64,000 bases of DNA from Babesia bigemina (taxonomy: Eukaryota). This document shows, piece after piece, positions 1 through 12,766 of this stretch. The stretch spans positions 372,001 through 436,000 of the forward strand of contig NC_027218.1 of NCBI RefSeq assembly GCF_000981445.1, written 5' to 3'. Position numbers and translations under genes: made by a program. The notes beneath the pieces were generated by a model. That model searched no databases. It was not told where the DNA came from and saw only the letters and a list, made by a program, of their open reading frames with translations. Each line of letters opens with the position of its first letter. Position 1 is the first letter of the stretch.

Positions 1-129
1 ATCACGTTTTGATGTTCTCGCCTTCAACATACGGAGCCTGTGCGCCTCAATGGAGCGCTCCAGGCTCATTTGGATTCTTTTGCGATCAATTTTTGGCCGC
101 GAGGCGGTATTACCCTCGTGTTTCTCCAT
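1..129 (-). CDS. 5' end of a hypothetical protein running off the window
   Basis: ATG at 129 opens a frame (MEKHEGNTASRPKIDRKRIQMSLERSIEAHRLRMLKARTSKRD) that is stop-free to base 1; no family recognised. Confidence 0.4.
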   Translation of the reverse strand, partial: MEKHEGNTASRPKIDRKRIQMSLERSIEAHRLRMLKARTSKRD

Positions 130-1031
130 GGCATCAAAAGGTTCGGTTTACACGCTGGGATGCCCACACTTTCGAGTGCAGTTAATATACAACGTTTTTA
201 TTGTACATGTGTGAGTAAATGACGCTCCCAAATCACCTCCGCATAGGCCACTGCTCCAGTCGTTCAGCGCACCTTCAAAACCAGTAGCCACGAGTTGGCG
301 CCGCTATTCCTACAAAGGCAGAATAGATTATTGCTAACAGCGAAATACTTTTTGTTGGTGTCGATTGACAACCTTTATGAGTACGGTTGCCGTTTTGGCC
401 GTTCTGCTAGGGTGCACTTGTGCTGCATCGCTACGTGCAGGCGCGTTTGGACGAATACCGGCGTCATTGCAACAAAGAACTTCAAGTTAAAAAAGGGGGC
501 ATACGATAAATACGGCGACGTGCCACGTACAAACTGTTCCGCGTAGAAGGGTGTCTAAGACGAGATGCCCATATGAAGCCTATGCTCGCTTACGACTCCA
601 TCGTCGTTACAAAAACCTTTGAGGGCTCTCTATTACCCGTACCATGTGTCAGCTATACACATGACGATATACATGAGAATGTGTGGCCGCTACGCCATTC
701 AAATCATACGAATTCGTGCGACCTTGTAGGTGCATAACGATAGCCATTTACGCCACTGATATTGTCCATAAGCGCCCAACTCAATCCACCTGTACCAATG
801 GTAGTCGTTTACTAATGACTTCCACGTAATGTACTCTGTATGTGAGCAACTTTAGGTCGCAGACTGCTAGGCTAGCCGCTCACGTTCTAGTGTTGAGCGG
901 GCGGTGTGTACGCTACTCAATCGTCGCCATTCTTCTGCATCTTGAAGGATTCCACTATATTTATGTAACAATAACTGAAGCGGTTGTTGTCTGATGCAAC
1001 GGTAGCTTCTTTTATTTTGCGTACTTCACCG

Positions 1032-4009
1032 ATGAACACCGGCGAGGTAAGTGTTTAATGAGTCGCCGTGGCCGACTAAATTCCTATGGCGAATCACGCG
1101 TGCTTACATATGTTCTGAGGGTATTTCGGGTCTGTTATAGGTTTGTAATCTGTGCTTCGTCCGGGTTGATGCAACGTTGTTATGGTTTTAAGATTTTGGA
1201 CTCAATGTCCATATTTTTGCCATCTACACACTAACTTTGCTTGCTTAAAGTAGTAAACCGCTGAAATCGATCTTCACTCACTGGCGAATTCAATTTTTTT
1301 TGCCTCGTATCATGCGTCTATTGCTGACCTGTTGCATGTGTATATATTGCCCGTGATTTGCAAGTCTTACAATCATTTTTGCAATTAATTGTAATACTGT
1401 GGAATATGATATACACTTGTTCGTTATGCTCTGATTTTTGCGTATAATGGTGTTTGCAGCCAACAAATGTGGATACCGAAGATGATCTCGAGGACTGGTT
1501 GGAAAGCGAGCTGCTACCAGCTGGCGCGATAACCGTTCCCGAGGATCTGCATCTCCCGTCTAAAATACGATGGATAGTTAGCGACGGCGCAAATGTGGTT
1601 GAAAACCAGGTTCTAGCAACATTTTCTTTTGTCGAGAATGCCAGTGGCATTGGAAAGGAGCATGTTAAGTCGACAAACAGCGACGACGGCGTCGAGGTGG
1701 CTTCAATAGTTTCTGGACGTGAAGATACTGATACATCGCGGTCGTTGCCATCAGAATCTGGTGACGCCTGCGTCTCCACAAAAGCATACGAGTTGGATGG
1801 ACCATCGCACCGGAGCTCCTTGTCCAACACGCAGGCCGACACTACAGATTCCAAGGCTGTAATATCTGCACTCACCAACGGATCACGCGGGGTATCTATT
1901 GAACTTGTCGGGAGGGCAACAGAGGGATCATTCGTGTTAAGGTCCGTCAGGCATGGCACACTCAGACACAGGGTCCCGACTGACACAGTCATCGAAGACT
2001 ACTCAGCTGTGCTGGGGACTATCGAGAGCGTGCAATGTGAACATAGCGTCGTTATACACGGCCTCTGTGTCACCTGCTGTCAGGTGGTGGATGACGCAAG
2101 CACAAAACGGCGCCAAGACGTGGCACCAGGGAATTCAAAAAGGCAGTCTCCGGGTGATAAACCGTCTGATGCGCCCGAGATGGTGGTGCCAGGTTTCATC
2201 ACCAATAATAACGCGGTACTCGTGGACGCCAAAATGTCCAACGAGATGGAACTCATGGAGCTTCTCAGGTTGCTTCGGAAAAAGAAGTTATGCCTGGTGT
2301 TGGATCTTGACAACACATTGATCCATTCGTCGTGCGCGAAGCCGCCTGACGACATCGATATCCCCTTCATAGACATGTATAGCCGATCGCAAGGTTACAA
2401 GTTGCACTTCGACAGCGAGGAAGATAATAGGCGATACGAAGCTGAACTTGAAAGTTCGATTCTGATCACTCGCACGCTTAATGAACAGGATGGCCGTTTC
2501 TTCGTCAACTACTACAAGCTTAGACCTGGAGTATACGAATTCCTGCGCAATGCGTCGGAAAGATACGAGCTGTACCTCTTTACTATGGGTACACGGACAC
2601 ACGCACAAGCGGCTCTAAGGATTTTGGATCCCAAAGGCCTATTGTTTGGCTCCCGCGTGTTCAGCAGATCCGAAACTAACAACAGCTACAAGTCGCTCTG
2701 CCGTATCTTCCCCAATTATCGTAATTTGCTACTGATACTGGATGATTCGGAGCATATTTGGATGAACCCCCCCGGGTTGATTAAGGTTTACCCATACTAC
2801 TATTTCACAGACATGTCGTTGATAAGGAACAGAGATTCTCGAAACCTAGGTCGTGTATCGGCGGCTCTGCAGGCGCATTGCAACTATTCCAACTACGTGT
2901 GGCATTCCCTTATTATGGAAATATGGAATGAATCCGAATCGCGGGAGCGAGTCACTCGGGATGACGACGGCTTCACGATCCCCATGAACCTTAAGATGCC
3001 AAAGAAACGCAGCCCAAGTTTCCGGTACAACAACCTGCTTATAGCTAATTGCAGGCCATCTAACATATATCGCGACACTGCGGGCGCTGATAGCGCATCC
3101 GTAACCCAAAGGTTATCAGATTCCGCGGCTGCTAGGGCAGAACCCGCTGTGTTGCAAGAGGTTCGACCTGCAGAACCCAGACCGTCTGATGACAAACGGG
3201 TTTTGTCGGAGGTGACGAACACGGGTATAAACACAGAGGCGGATACCAGGGCGCATTCGGCTGATTGTAATAAGGATACAAAGGGCACGATACCGCAGGC
3301 TGAACGTGTTGCTGTTACTCAGAAAGACATGGAACCAACAGCTGATGCTTGCAAGCGCTCCGAGTCTGGCGATTCGTCAAAGACATTGCCACCAAACCAA
3401 GTTGCCTCACCCGTGGATGCGCCCACCGATTTTGCGGAGGCCGCACCGCCCACAGCACCATCTACGCAACAGAACAGCTGTATGCGGAAGCTGCGCAAAA
3501 TCTGGGTGAGGGATTACGACAGCCAACTACCATGCGTCACGCGGCTACTGATCGAGATGCATCGCCGGTTCTTTGAGCTTGTTAATGTGGCTGGGCTTAC
3601 TCTAGAGCGTCTAAAGCAGCTCATAGGCGGCAACGCACTCCCAGACGTGGGCGTGCTGCTGAATGAGCGGCGTAAATCCGTTTTACGGGGCGTTGTGCTC
3701 GGGGTCAACCGCAACGACTTCCGTTGCCCGCGCACTGGCGAAGACGTTGACTTCTTCAACAAGTCCGACCTGGGTTACTTGGCAGTTCGTTTCGGCGCAG
3801 CACCACCGTCCGTGGAGTGCTCGATGACGCACTACCTGAACAACAACACGTCGGCAGTGGCACCCAAAGCAGGTGTCAAGAGAGTGCACAGCCAGTGGCT
3901 GGAGGCATGCATCCACACGTGGAGCCGCGTCGACGAGTCGTTATTCGACCCCGAGACGTGGAAGGAACCGCATCGCACCTTTTGGGATGTTATGAATGCT
4001 AAAAAATAA
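1032..4009 (+). CDS. FCP1: RNA polymerase II CTD phosphatase, FCP1-like (NIF/FCPH domain plus C-terminal BRCT-like region)
   Basis: LVLDLDNTLIHS (DxDxT), KLRPGVYEFL, YLFTMG, ILDDSEHIW motifs; terminal VHSQWLEAC..W; likely micro-exon ATG 1032-1046, then GTAAGT..TTGCAG intron to 1459 in phase with the 851-aa ORF. Confidence 0.9.
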
Positions 4010-4018
4010 TATTCTATC

Positions 4019-6004
4019 TTAACAGTTCATGCTCGGATACAATATACGTGTCAACGAGTCCGCCAGCGGTTCTGGCAGAATGTGGTTGATCATGTCCAAT
4101 TCTTCCTGCACTCTGCGCCGCAGCTCCTCGTGCAGCCTACGTTTCGTCTCCATAAGTGTGTCACAGACGAATAACAGTGTCTCCAGGTTGATGACTTCCT
4201 GCAGGTCGTTCACGCTGTCCGTGTGCGGCTGCTGTGAATATTGGTGCAGCGCGCGGTGCATCTTCTCCGACCTCCGCTGTATCTCCCTAATACGCACGTC
4301 CAGCGCGGTGATAGCCTCCAGGTAGTGGCCCAAGTTCTGCCTACGATTGTCGAAGGTTGCAAATGTGTCCAAGGGTACGTCGAGGGGTCCTTCGCCCTGC
4401 ATCCGTACCATGCCCTCCTTCTTGTAGTCGCAGCTTGTGGTGTTGTGATAGAACTCCATAGCGTTGGTCGGTAGTACGCGATTCTTGTAATACGTCACCG
4501 ACGCGGTGCTGAATCCGTCTATGTGTCCCACATGAGTTGATGTGTTCGAGAAGTACTCGGTAGTGGCCGCCGTTGTCTCGCTGCCGCCCTCTACCTCCCC
4601 CTCGGATTCACGCTGGCAGAGCTGAATCAGCGAGCGCAGGTCACAGCACTCCCTTGAATTTTGTTCAAGTGAATCCTGTATCACTTTCTGGTCGAAGTCG
4701 ACACCGCACAAGGACTCGACGAAGTGTGCCAACTTGCTATTTGACATGCGTGGTACGCGCAATCGGCTAGTGCCTTCTTCGTCCGATCCGTTGAGTGCCT
4801 CGTCCTTCTGTTTGGCCAGCTGTATGGTGATGTTCTTGGGAATCATGAAAGCGGTTTGCGGGCTGTACAGTGTGTTGTCCGCAAAAACATTCTTGTCCAG
4901 CACTGCGCTTAATTTGGAGCCCGTTTCGCTTAGGCAGTCTATGGGATGCCTCAATGATGGGGAGTAAAATGCGCTGGGACCAAAATCGACCTGAGTCTTC
5001 GCACAGATTGATTTGACATAATGTATACCATCTAAGACTTCGTTTGCATATGCTTCTGCTGGGTTTTTGCCTCCAAGAATGTTGACCAGCTTTTGCAGGT
5101 GCACACTCTTTGCCAGGCGATCATCCGGGATGCACTCTGCGCATTTCTTTAGCACGCGATCCAGAGTGGAAAGTGACGACGACAGGATTCTCCGTTCGTT
5201 TGTTTGTGTGCATGAGCGTTTCGACGGGACGCTAGCTTCGTCTCCCAAAGGCCGTCGAATCGGCCGTGACGCCGATTGCTGTGGTACCCTCGTGCCCAAA
5301 AACTTGCGGTCAACCACGATGTACTCACTTTCGATGGACTCCAGATTTATTTGGGGAACGAAATCCACGGAAGGCTTCGAAACGAACAGCGACGTCTGCA
5401 AATCCTCAATAACGCGATATAGCAGCTTCTGCCTCTGCAAGAACGCTGTTAAATCACCGTCATAAAAGATGGAATTCTTGACCCTGGGGTTGTCTTTCAG
5501 CTGCGTAACACCTACGTCATCCTTTGCGCTGCTTCCAGCCTCCGACGTTATATCCGATTCCTCTCTGGATGTCTCCGAAAGCAGGTCCCCCGAGGAGTCG
5601 TGCCGGATCATGCATGGCGTTGTGGTGTCTGACCTGTTACTATCAGAAACGAGCTTGTACTCAGTAAGCGTATCAGCTATCCTTTTAAACGACGGCTTCT
5701 CCTCAGAACTGTTGTAACGAAAATCCTTAACATTGGGTTTCTCTTTCACTCCGGGATCCACCTCCCCCGCGTTAGCTGCTCCAGAGCTTCCACTGTTACC
5801 CGCTGCGCTTGGACTGCTCGCCGCACCGTCACCAAATGCCGCAAAACTGTCTGTCTTCAACGCCCAGTAAGCGATAAAATCATCCGTCGGTACTTCGTGG
5901 TACTCTGAGAGCGCTCTCATGAACATGGAGGCGAGGAAGAAGGAACGCTTTTCCCTGTATCTTTTGCAGGAGAAGTGCTTCGCCTTCTTTATGCCATTGT
6001 CCAT
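4019..6004 (-). CDS. Hypothetical protein, 661 aa, C-terminal coiled-coil-like region
   Basis: Long ATG-initiated ORF; no family recognised. Confidence 0.75.
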   Translation of the reverse strand: MDNGIKKAKHFSCKRYREKRSFFLASMFMRALSEYHEVPTDDFIAYWALKTDSFAAFGDGAASSPSAAGNSGSSGAANAGEVDPGVKEKPNVKDFRYNSSEEKPSFKRIADTLTEYKLVSDSNRSDTTTPCMIRHDSSGDLLSETSREESDITSEAGSSAKDDVGVTQLKDNPRVKNSIFYDGDLTAFLQRQKLLYRVIEDLQTSLFVSKPSVDFVPQINLESIESEYIVVDRKFLGTRVPQQSASRPIRRPLGDEASVPSKRSCTQTNERRILSSSLSTLDRVLKKCAECIPDDRLAKSVHLQKLVNILGGKNPAEAYANEVLDGIHYVKSICAKTQVDFGPSAFYSPSLRHPIDCLSETGSKLSAVLDKNVFADNTLYSPQTAFMIPKNITIQLAKQKDEALNGSDEEGTSRLRVPRMSNSKLAHFVESLCGVDFDQKVIQDSLEQNSRECCDLRSLIQLCQRESEGEVEGGSETTAATTEYFSNTSTHVGHIDGFSTASVTYYKNRVLPTNAMEFYHNTTSCDYKKEGMVRMQGEGPLDVPLDTFATFDNRRQNLGHYLEAITALDVRIREIQRRSEKMHRALHQYSQQPHTDSVNDLQEVINLETLLFVCDTLMETKRRLHEELRRRVQEELDMINHILPEPLADSLTRILYPSMNC

Positions 6005-6343
6005 GTATCTGGCGCGCCATTCCTGAGTAATACATTAGAAGGTCACGAGCGAGCGGGGCACGCGAGGTATGATGCAACTACGGCGGAAAACTGCCCTGGG
6101 AGGGGCCTAGCTGTGACACATCACGAATGAGCACAACAATGTCATTATTGATATACGTGGAAGGTTACAGTTCGGCTGTCGCGTGCGTTCAGCCGCACCC
6201 TTCGACAGGAAACCTACCCTCTTGTTGGAATGGAAGTATAAGTTTATGGGCATAAGAGTGTGCCTCCTCATTTTAAGCCATGAATCATTTTTATTTATTG
6301 GTTGCTTCAGTATTATTTTGCTACATTTGTTGCCAACGGCCAA

Positions 6344-7495
6344 CTAGACAATCATCTGTGTGTTTTCCTCTGGTGGTGGCGCAACACCACTAAAAGAGAG
6401 CAGCAGGGAATCTCCCACGCGGAATCCCACGCTGCGCAGCGTGATAGTATCCGTGGAACGGTGTAATTTGTAGGAGTGAATTGCGCCCAATGTATCTCGG
6501 GCGGCGTTGTTTCTATGGAAGGTCCACGTGCCTTCCTTGTGCCTTGAGGCCTCACATAGGTCCTTCACCAAGTTGACCAAATCCCGTAGAGTATTGTCAG
6601 CCCAGATATACAGCTCCAATTTTTCTATGGAATCCGATGACTCTATGCGTCGCTGGAGAGATTCATGATCTTCATCGGGGTCACACGGCTTCCCCGCCGC
6701 TTCATCCATGAATGCGTAGATGCGCAATAGGAAAGGGCTGTGGACCTTCCTGTCCACACTGGCCACTTTCTGCAGCTCCTGGCGGGTTTTTTGGCCGACT
6801 CTCCTTGCGTAAGGCCTCAATGGTCGTATAGGCGCTTCCCTACCACGCGTCACCAGTTGACGCATTCGCGTTCTGTCGCGATCCACCGCGTCTAGTCGGC
6901 TGCGATATGGTTTCAAGGGAGCTCGAGCAACTCTTCGATTGTCGCGTGAGTCAACGGCACGCTGGTCACGGCCACGCCGTCGAGGCGGTGAGTAGCTGGT
7001 ACTGGTCGACGACCTGCGGCGGTAATTGGAACGCGAATCCACCGAAATGCTCCGACTTTTTCGGTGATCCCTACCGCGGCGAGTTCTCGATTTCGAAAGC
7101 TGGCGGCGCGGACGTGAGCGCGACCTGCTACTGTACGATGAGCTGTGCGAATACGACGATACAGAGCGTGACACACGCTTTCTACGTGATCGCACTGGGC
7201 TGCGGGAGCGTATCCTGGACCGTTGTATAGACCTAGACCTAGATCTAGATTCGCTTATATCCCGACCATATCGCCTTCTAGGTTTAGAATACGAACGTGA
7301 ACGTGACGAAGATCCTCGGGAGTCCGATTGGCGGCGCCTCGTGCGCAACTCCGGCGATGATTCCGTAGAGCTGCGAGCGTACTGCCGCGGCTCTTCTGTT
7401 CTATTCTTGCTGTAATGTGAGCTTGACCGTTTCACGTCGTTGCTGAAGCTCCGGCTGACGCTCATGGAGCGGCTCGAACTGCTAATGCTCCTCAT
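6344..7495 (-). CDS. SAP18: RS-rich protein with C-terminal SAP18 domain
   Basis: Long Arg/Ser-rich N-terminus, then VDRKVHSPFLLRIY, LELYIWADNTLRDLVNLVK and TITLRSVGFRVGDSL matching SAP18 blocks; first ATG at 7495. Confidence 0.75.
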   Translation of the reverse strand: MRSISSSSRSMSVSRSFSNDVKRSSSHYSKNRTEEPRQYARSSTESSPELRTRRRQSDSRGSSSRSRSYSKPRRRYGRDISESRSRSRSIQRSRIRSRSPVRSRRKRVSRSVSSYSHSSSYSSRSRSRPRRQLSKSRTRRGRDHRKSRSISVDSRSNYRRRSSTSTSYSPPRRRGRDQRAVDSRDNRRVARAPLKPYRSRLDAVDRDRTRMRQLVTRGREAPIRPLRPYARRVGQKTRQELQKVASVDRKVHSPFLLRIYAFMDEAAGKPCDPDEDHESLQRRIESSDSIEKLELYIWADNTLRDLVNLVKDLCEASRHKEGTWTFHRNNAARDTLGAIHSYKLHRSTDTITLRSVGFRVGDSLLLSFSGVAPPPEENTQMIV

Positions 7496-8654
7496 ATTAG
7501 CGAAAAAACCGGAAGACACGTTGCAAGTATAGCGCCTTAATTATTCACTAACTCTATCCGAATAAAAATCCTGTAAAAGAGCTCAGGCTAAGCTCCCAGT
7601 GCAACTACAACCGATACGTCGAATCCAGAAGCGAACAAAAAACGGAAGGGAAAACACCCAGTTCCTTTGTGTTCGTGTGGATGATTTATTTGCCATATAA
7701 GATCCAAGTGATGAGCCTCATAGTTAAGCTGGAGAAACGCTGCCTTCTGCGCAGCCTAGAGGCATTAACCGTCGCGACAGCACGCGCTCAGCATGATATT
7801 GGAATCTCGGATGCTCCGAGATTCTATGGCAAATTTAGCGTCCACGAGCAGTACAAAGCAATTGCAGATAGCTTCGCTTTAAATGAAATACAAATGTCGG
7901 CGAGCAGAGCCAGACAGGCGACACACAATCCCCGCCATGGGGAAGACAAGGGACTCGTGCGCGCGACTGACCCGTAGACATCCGCCTCATTCTCGCAGCC
8001 GTGCTGCGTGAAGCGGTATAATAGCACAGCTGGCTTGATTGTGGGATACCTTCGCGGCGTCCCCGGCTCTCGTACGATGTTCGACCCGGACGGGAGCCAG
8101 TCAACCAGCTTCGACTTCCTCCGCAAGCGTAAGAGGACATCGAAGAGGTCACAGGGTGACTCCAGCGCCGCCTCCGGTATGTCACATGGGATCGGTGGAC
8201 AATCCGAGCAGATCACACGTCCATATCGAGGTCCACTTTAACGGCTGAATCGCATACGGGATCCACCAGAAGGAGCTCCTTTCGTGGAATCTTGTCTGAC
8301 CACTCAAGAGCCCGGTCTGTTACACAGTCGCAATCGACTACGCAGAGTTTATCGCATAATGAAGATTATTATCTCCCCAGTCGACCAACCGTCGACAACG
8401 AGCTGTGCAAACCACTTAATTACGTCATTTGGGTAAGCATCCATTATACTATGTGTTTCGTGCTAAATGTTTAAAGACACATGTAACGCGTAGTTTGGTT
8501 TATTGTTCCAATTTCTAGTCCGCTTTGGGAACGGACAGGATGGTACTGCCCGGACGGCCGCGTATGCTGCGGTGTAGGAACATTTTGTCGTGTATTTCAC
8601 TGCCGTGTAACTTGAGTACGCTGTTTGTCATATATTGCGTAGGCACGGGATCAG

Positions 8655-9975
8655 ATGGCATTTGGGAACAACGAGATCCTTGCACGACCTAATCTGGAGC
8701 ATGAGTTCTATCGTCAGCTCGAGGTACGCTCCTCACTGATGTTGGCAAACAACCGCAGATCCTACGCAAAAAGTTGTCGGCGCGTAACTTTGGCGCATCT
8801 TCGTCTCTAAACATCCTCGAGTCCGTGTTGGAGCTCATGCTCGACGTTGAGGCAGGGTTCAGGTTCCTCGGTTCCAACGCGAACCCATTTTGCCGATTAT
8901 CGCAGATATACATCAACGGATACACTTTCCTGAGGCCTGTGGACTTGGCGTCGTACAATTTTACTTGTAACGACGAAGAGGCTTCGGTTACCATACAGCA
9001 AAAAAGGATTACAGGCAACGTGTTCGCCCACCAACAGCTACTGCAGCATTTTGCAAGGCAATGCGAGTACCTCCCTTCGAAGTACTCTGGCGACTATGCA
9101 TACAAACCGTTGCCAATAAAATACGATTACGTCCCAAACCTGGTGACAAAAGTGCTTCTGCAGCGGGCAAAGCGACAGCCAATCGTCGTCAAGGCCATTG
9201 TCGACGTCCCTGGCGTGGACCTATCGCCTTACGAGGTGCGTTTATATTCGCTATGACTTTGTTGAGGTGTCGTCGTACATTCCGAAACGCTCATCCTGTG
9301 CCTACATTTTTCATGTCAGTGCTATTGCTCTTCACCATAGGCAACGCGTTGGTTGTAAAGCTTAAACATTTCCGACATCTTCGCAGGGTTATGTATTCGA
9401 AGAGCTGAAAACCGGAGAGAAGGCCTGGTTACCGATTTATGTGGTGGAACGATTATCGCATTTTGGATTTGTTTCAGTAGACCTCCCAACGTACTTAACG
9501 CGCAGCGCGCTGCGTGAGCTTAGGGGTCGAGAGGAGCAAAACCAGACGCTCGAGAAGCTTCCGAATGACTATTTCTTTGAGATCGCCCACCTGTTCACGA
9601 GGTGGCACGTCTTCGAAAGGGTGAACGTGCCCAACCTTTCAAACAGGAACCACGTGTACTGCTACATATCCAAGGTGGCGGCAATAATAGAAGACATTAA
9701 ATACCAGAGGATCAAGAAGATTAGGCTAGCGCTTGACAAATTGTCAATGCGTGAATCTGTCATCGTCATTGCGAATTTGCAGTATTCCGAGACGTACTAC
9801 ATCAACCAGTTCCTCTCGGCGTACTGCGACATGCGGGATAACCATAGCAGAGCTGACCTCCAGCCGAATATACAAATAGGTATGGTTATGTTGTGAATTA
9901 AATTATGTCGCAGAAAGCTTTGTTGGGGATCTGGAGAACAATTTGCTCGATTCCCTCAATGTACCCCTGCTGTAG
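8655..9975 (+). CDS. PSF2: GINS complex subunit Psf2-like, multi-exon
   Basis: Spliced product has KAWLPIYVVERL..VDLPTYL..LEKLPNDYFFEIA..IIEDIKYQRIKKIR, the Psf2 pattern; short GT-AG introns join ORFs 8774-9256 and 9441-9896. Confidence 0.7.
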
Positions 9976-10004
9976 GGAACAGATGAAACCATCAAGTTCA
10001 ATTT

Positions 10005-11121
10005 TCACACTAGCAGCACTGCGTTGATGCATCCGTCGTTTTCCGGGTTGTTGGTGACCTGGGCATATTTCGCCCATACGACCTTTCCGGTTTGCGTGAC
10101 CAGACCCAGCTCGCTCACGTTAACCTCGATGATGGTACCCTTCGTAATCACCCCAAGGCTCGTGTAGAGGTGCGATTGCGGATTCTTCTTGACGGAAATT
10201 ATGTCCAAGAAGAATGTGGTTTTCAGCTCCGGGTGGGTGACGTGCGCTTTTTTGAATCGCAGTCCGGTGGGCCGAATGTACTTTTCGTACTTTGGCGGCT
10301 TTCGTGTGTAGTCCTCCGGTACGAAGCAGACTTTGTCTACCATGCGCTTCCACTGCTTCTTCTTGCGCTTGCCGGACTTCATAACTCTGAACATTTCGGC
10401 CTCGTTCATTTGCCGGACCTGAGTGATGTCACTTTAACGCGGCCATTTCACCAACCTTCGGAATGACAACGTTCCACTTCCCGGCCTTCTCCTTACGTTT
10501 TTGTTTGATCATGTTCGACAGGATCTTCGTGCGATTAACCTCCCCTCTCTCGAGCAGGTAGGCAGGTATGGCGCCTTCACCGGACGCAACCACTTCCTCC
10601 TTGGCCTCCTTTTCCTCATTGTTCTTGATTCTGAACAAGGAATTAGCAAGTTCAAAAGATGCGGTGATATGTTATATAGCTAACTCAGAAAGCGACTTAC
10701 TGTTTCTTCATCTCGACCTTCTCCGCGTACCGCCGCATCCTGAAGATCTTGGCCTTGATGCCACGCATCTTCTGTACTTTCTTGCTCATCGTATGAGCCG
10801 CCCTCGCGGCCTTCTTGCGGCTGAAGCAGCGTTAGTTCGCATTTATACAGCGCTTTACGGTCATATACATTGCACAGAAAATAGAAGACAGCCATTGTCG
10901 CTGACCCGTTAATTTTCAGGATTTTCCGACTCAGCATTTTCTCCATTGGACATGTAGCGCAAACTATTAGCGGCACATCTAGTCGTGGCCGTTTTGCGGC
11001 GACCTGCCGTCCTACGACGGCCGCGCAATTACAAAATCGATCAAACTTACGTCCTCGTTTCATGATCGAAACGCCGCCCATGAAGGGCGATATGCCTTTC
11101 TATATATTCGTTCTGCGGCAT
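10005..11121 (-). CDS. NSA2: Ribosome biogenesis protein NSA2, multi-exon
   Basis: Starts MPQNEYIE; contains [15 protein letters not shown] and ends [18 protein letters not shown]. Confidence 0.95.
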
Positions 11122-11665
11122 TTTGTAAAGTGATGGCGATAAAGAGTGACCGAGTCACTGAGCCCGGGGGTATGTGCACATCCCGCTGTGCAGCACCTAC
11201 ACGTGGATAGACGAATGGCTATAAATAATGTACAGTGTAACGTGGTATATTTGTGTGCAAGTTATGGGCCTTATTTAATGCCAGCAAGTCGTGTTTCGGG
11301 TAGAATCACGGGAAGACTAAAGGTATACATCCGGATTCCGTGGTTTAGAAGTCAACTCTTAGTTCTAATCCGCCGGTAGTCACCGCGTGAATCCACATCG
11401 TAATGGATCGGCGACGAGAGGATTAAATTTTGAAAGAGTCGAAGAACAGCAGCGGATCTGGTGTCGACTGGAAATAATTTACAAGCACATTCTAGATAGA
11501 CAGTATACATCTAAAGTATAAGAACGTGTAAATATTGTTTGTCAATCTATAACGTGGACTGTATGACAGAGAATGCACTGGATAACCCCTCTAGATGTCC
11601 GGATGTCGCGCACATCATTGGGCGTGCGACGTCGAGGTTTCACCGTTCCATTTCACATATAAGAC

Positions 11666-12615
11666 ATGGATATCATAAAAAGAGAAATAACAACCTTCAA
11701 AAGCGAGGTGCGCCAATTCATACGGCGCCCGCGCGAGAACATCGAGCAGCTGCTTGCAACAGCCTGCGTCCTGTTCACCGCCCTTATGCTTTGGAAGACG
11801 GCAAACCTCTATACAGGTAGGTACCGTTGATATTTAAGCACCTGTTTCATCACGATGGGCCGTTTGGTTGCATTTGTAGATTTGTCTTGCTACGATATGT
11901 GAACGTAGCGTATTGGTACCCTAGGTGTTTTTGCTTTTCAATTTATTCATGGCATTACAATAATCAATGGGTGTTGTTGAAATTGATTCATTTTATGAGT
12001 GAAACCACTTGTTTTGTTCCCGGTTAAGCCGTGGCTCGCTTCTGATGGGTAGATTGCTTCGGCCCGTGGCCAAGTCTGGCGGATTCCGTCCCATTCTAGA
12101 GCCTCTACCTTAGTAACGTTTACATGTGGTTTTTAACGTATGTATCCGTTATCTTTTTGGTCTCTTGTCTCTTGGCAATGTAATTGCGTCTTCGTCTACT
12201 GACTCATATTGCAGGTACCGACTCCCCCGTAGTGGTGGTGCTAAGCGGAAGCATGGAACCGGCATTTTACCGTGGCGACATCCTCTTCCTCATGAAGCAC
12301 GATACGGTTTCAGCGGGTGATATCGTAGTTTTCAAGGTGCACGGCAGAGATATACCAATTGTGCACCGAACGTTAAGTTTGCACGCAAACAGCAACGAAA
12401 TTAACGTCCTGACCAAGGGTGACAACAACGACGTCGCAGACCGTGGGCTGTATTCGAGAGGGCAGAAATGGCTGGATGGCAAGCATCTGGTTGGAACCGT
12501 CCTGATGCGAATACCCAAGTTCGGGATTATCACCATCATACTTAACGAGAATCGCGCTCTAAAATGGTCGCTTATATCAATGCTAATATATCTGGTACTA
12601 AGCGGCAAGGGATGA
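11666..12615 (+). CDS. SEC11: Signal peptidase complex catalytic subunit SEC11 (peptidase S26B)
   Basis: SPVVVVLSGSMEPAFYRGD, IPIVHR, LTKGDNN motifs; exon 1 at 11666-11816 ends ..LWKTANLYT before a GTAGGT donor. Confidence 0.93.
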
Positions 12616-12766
12616 AAATGTGGGAGATTTCGGTCAAATGCCCTTCTCTGTATCACGCTGATCGCTGAGACGGCAAACGATGCCCACTCCATTGATCAGC
12701 AGTGAAAATTTTTCAGTCACATGACACATAATTGATGAAATCGCATATACACTGTTTTAGACTATA

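Noticed and set aside
7225..7310. Short repeats such as ACCTAG/ATCTAG and GAACGT
   Set aside because: Explained by Arg-Ser codons in the RS domain
7669..8474. Several overlapping 70-130 aa ORFs between SAP18 and Psf2
   Set aside because: No recognisable motif and no consistent splice model; a gene may exist but strand and frame cannot be supported
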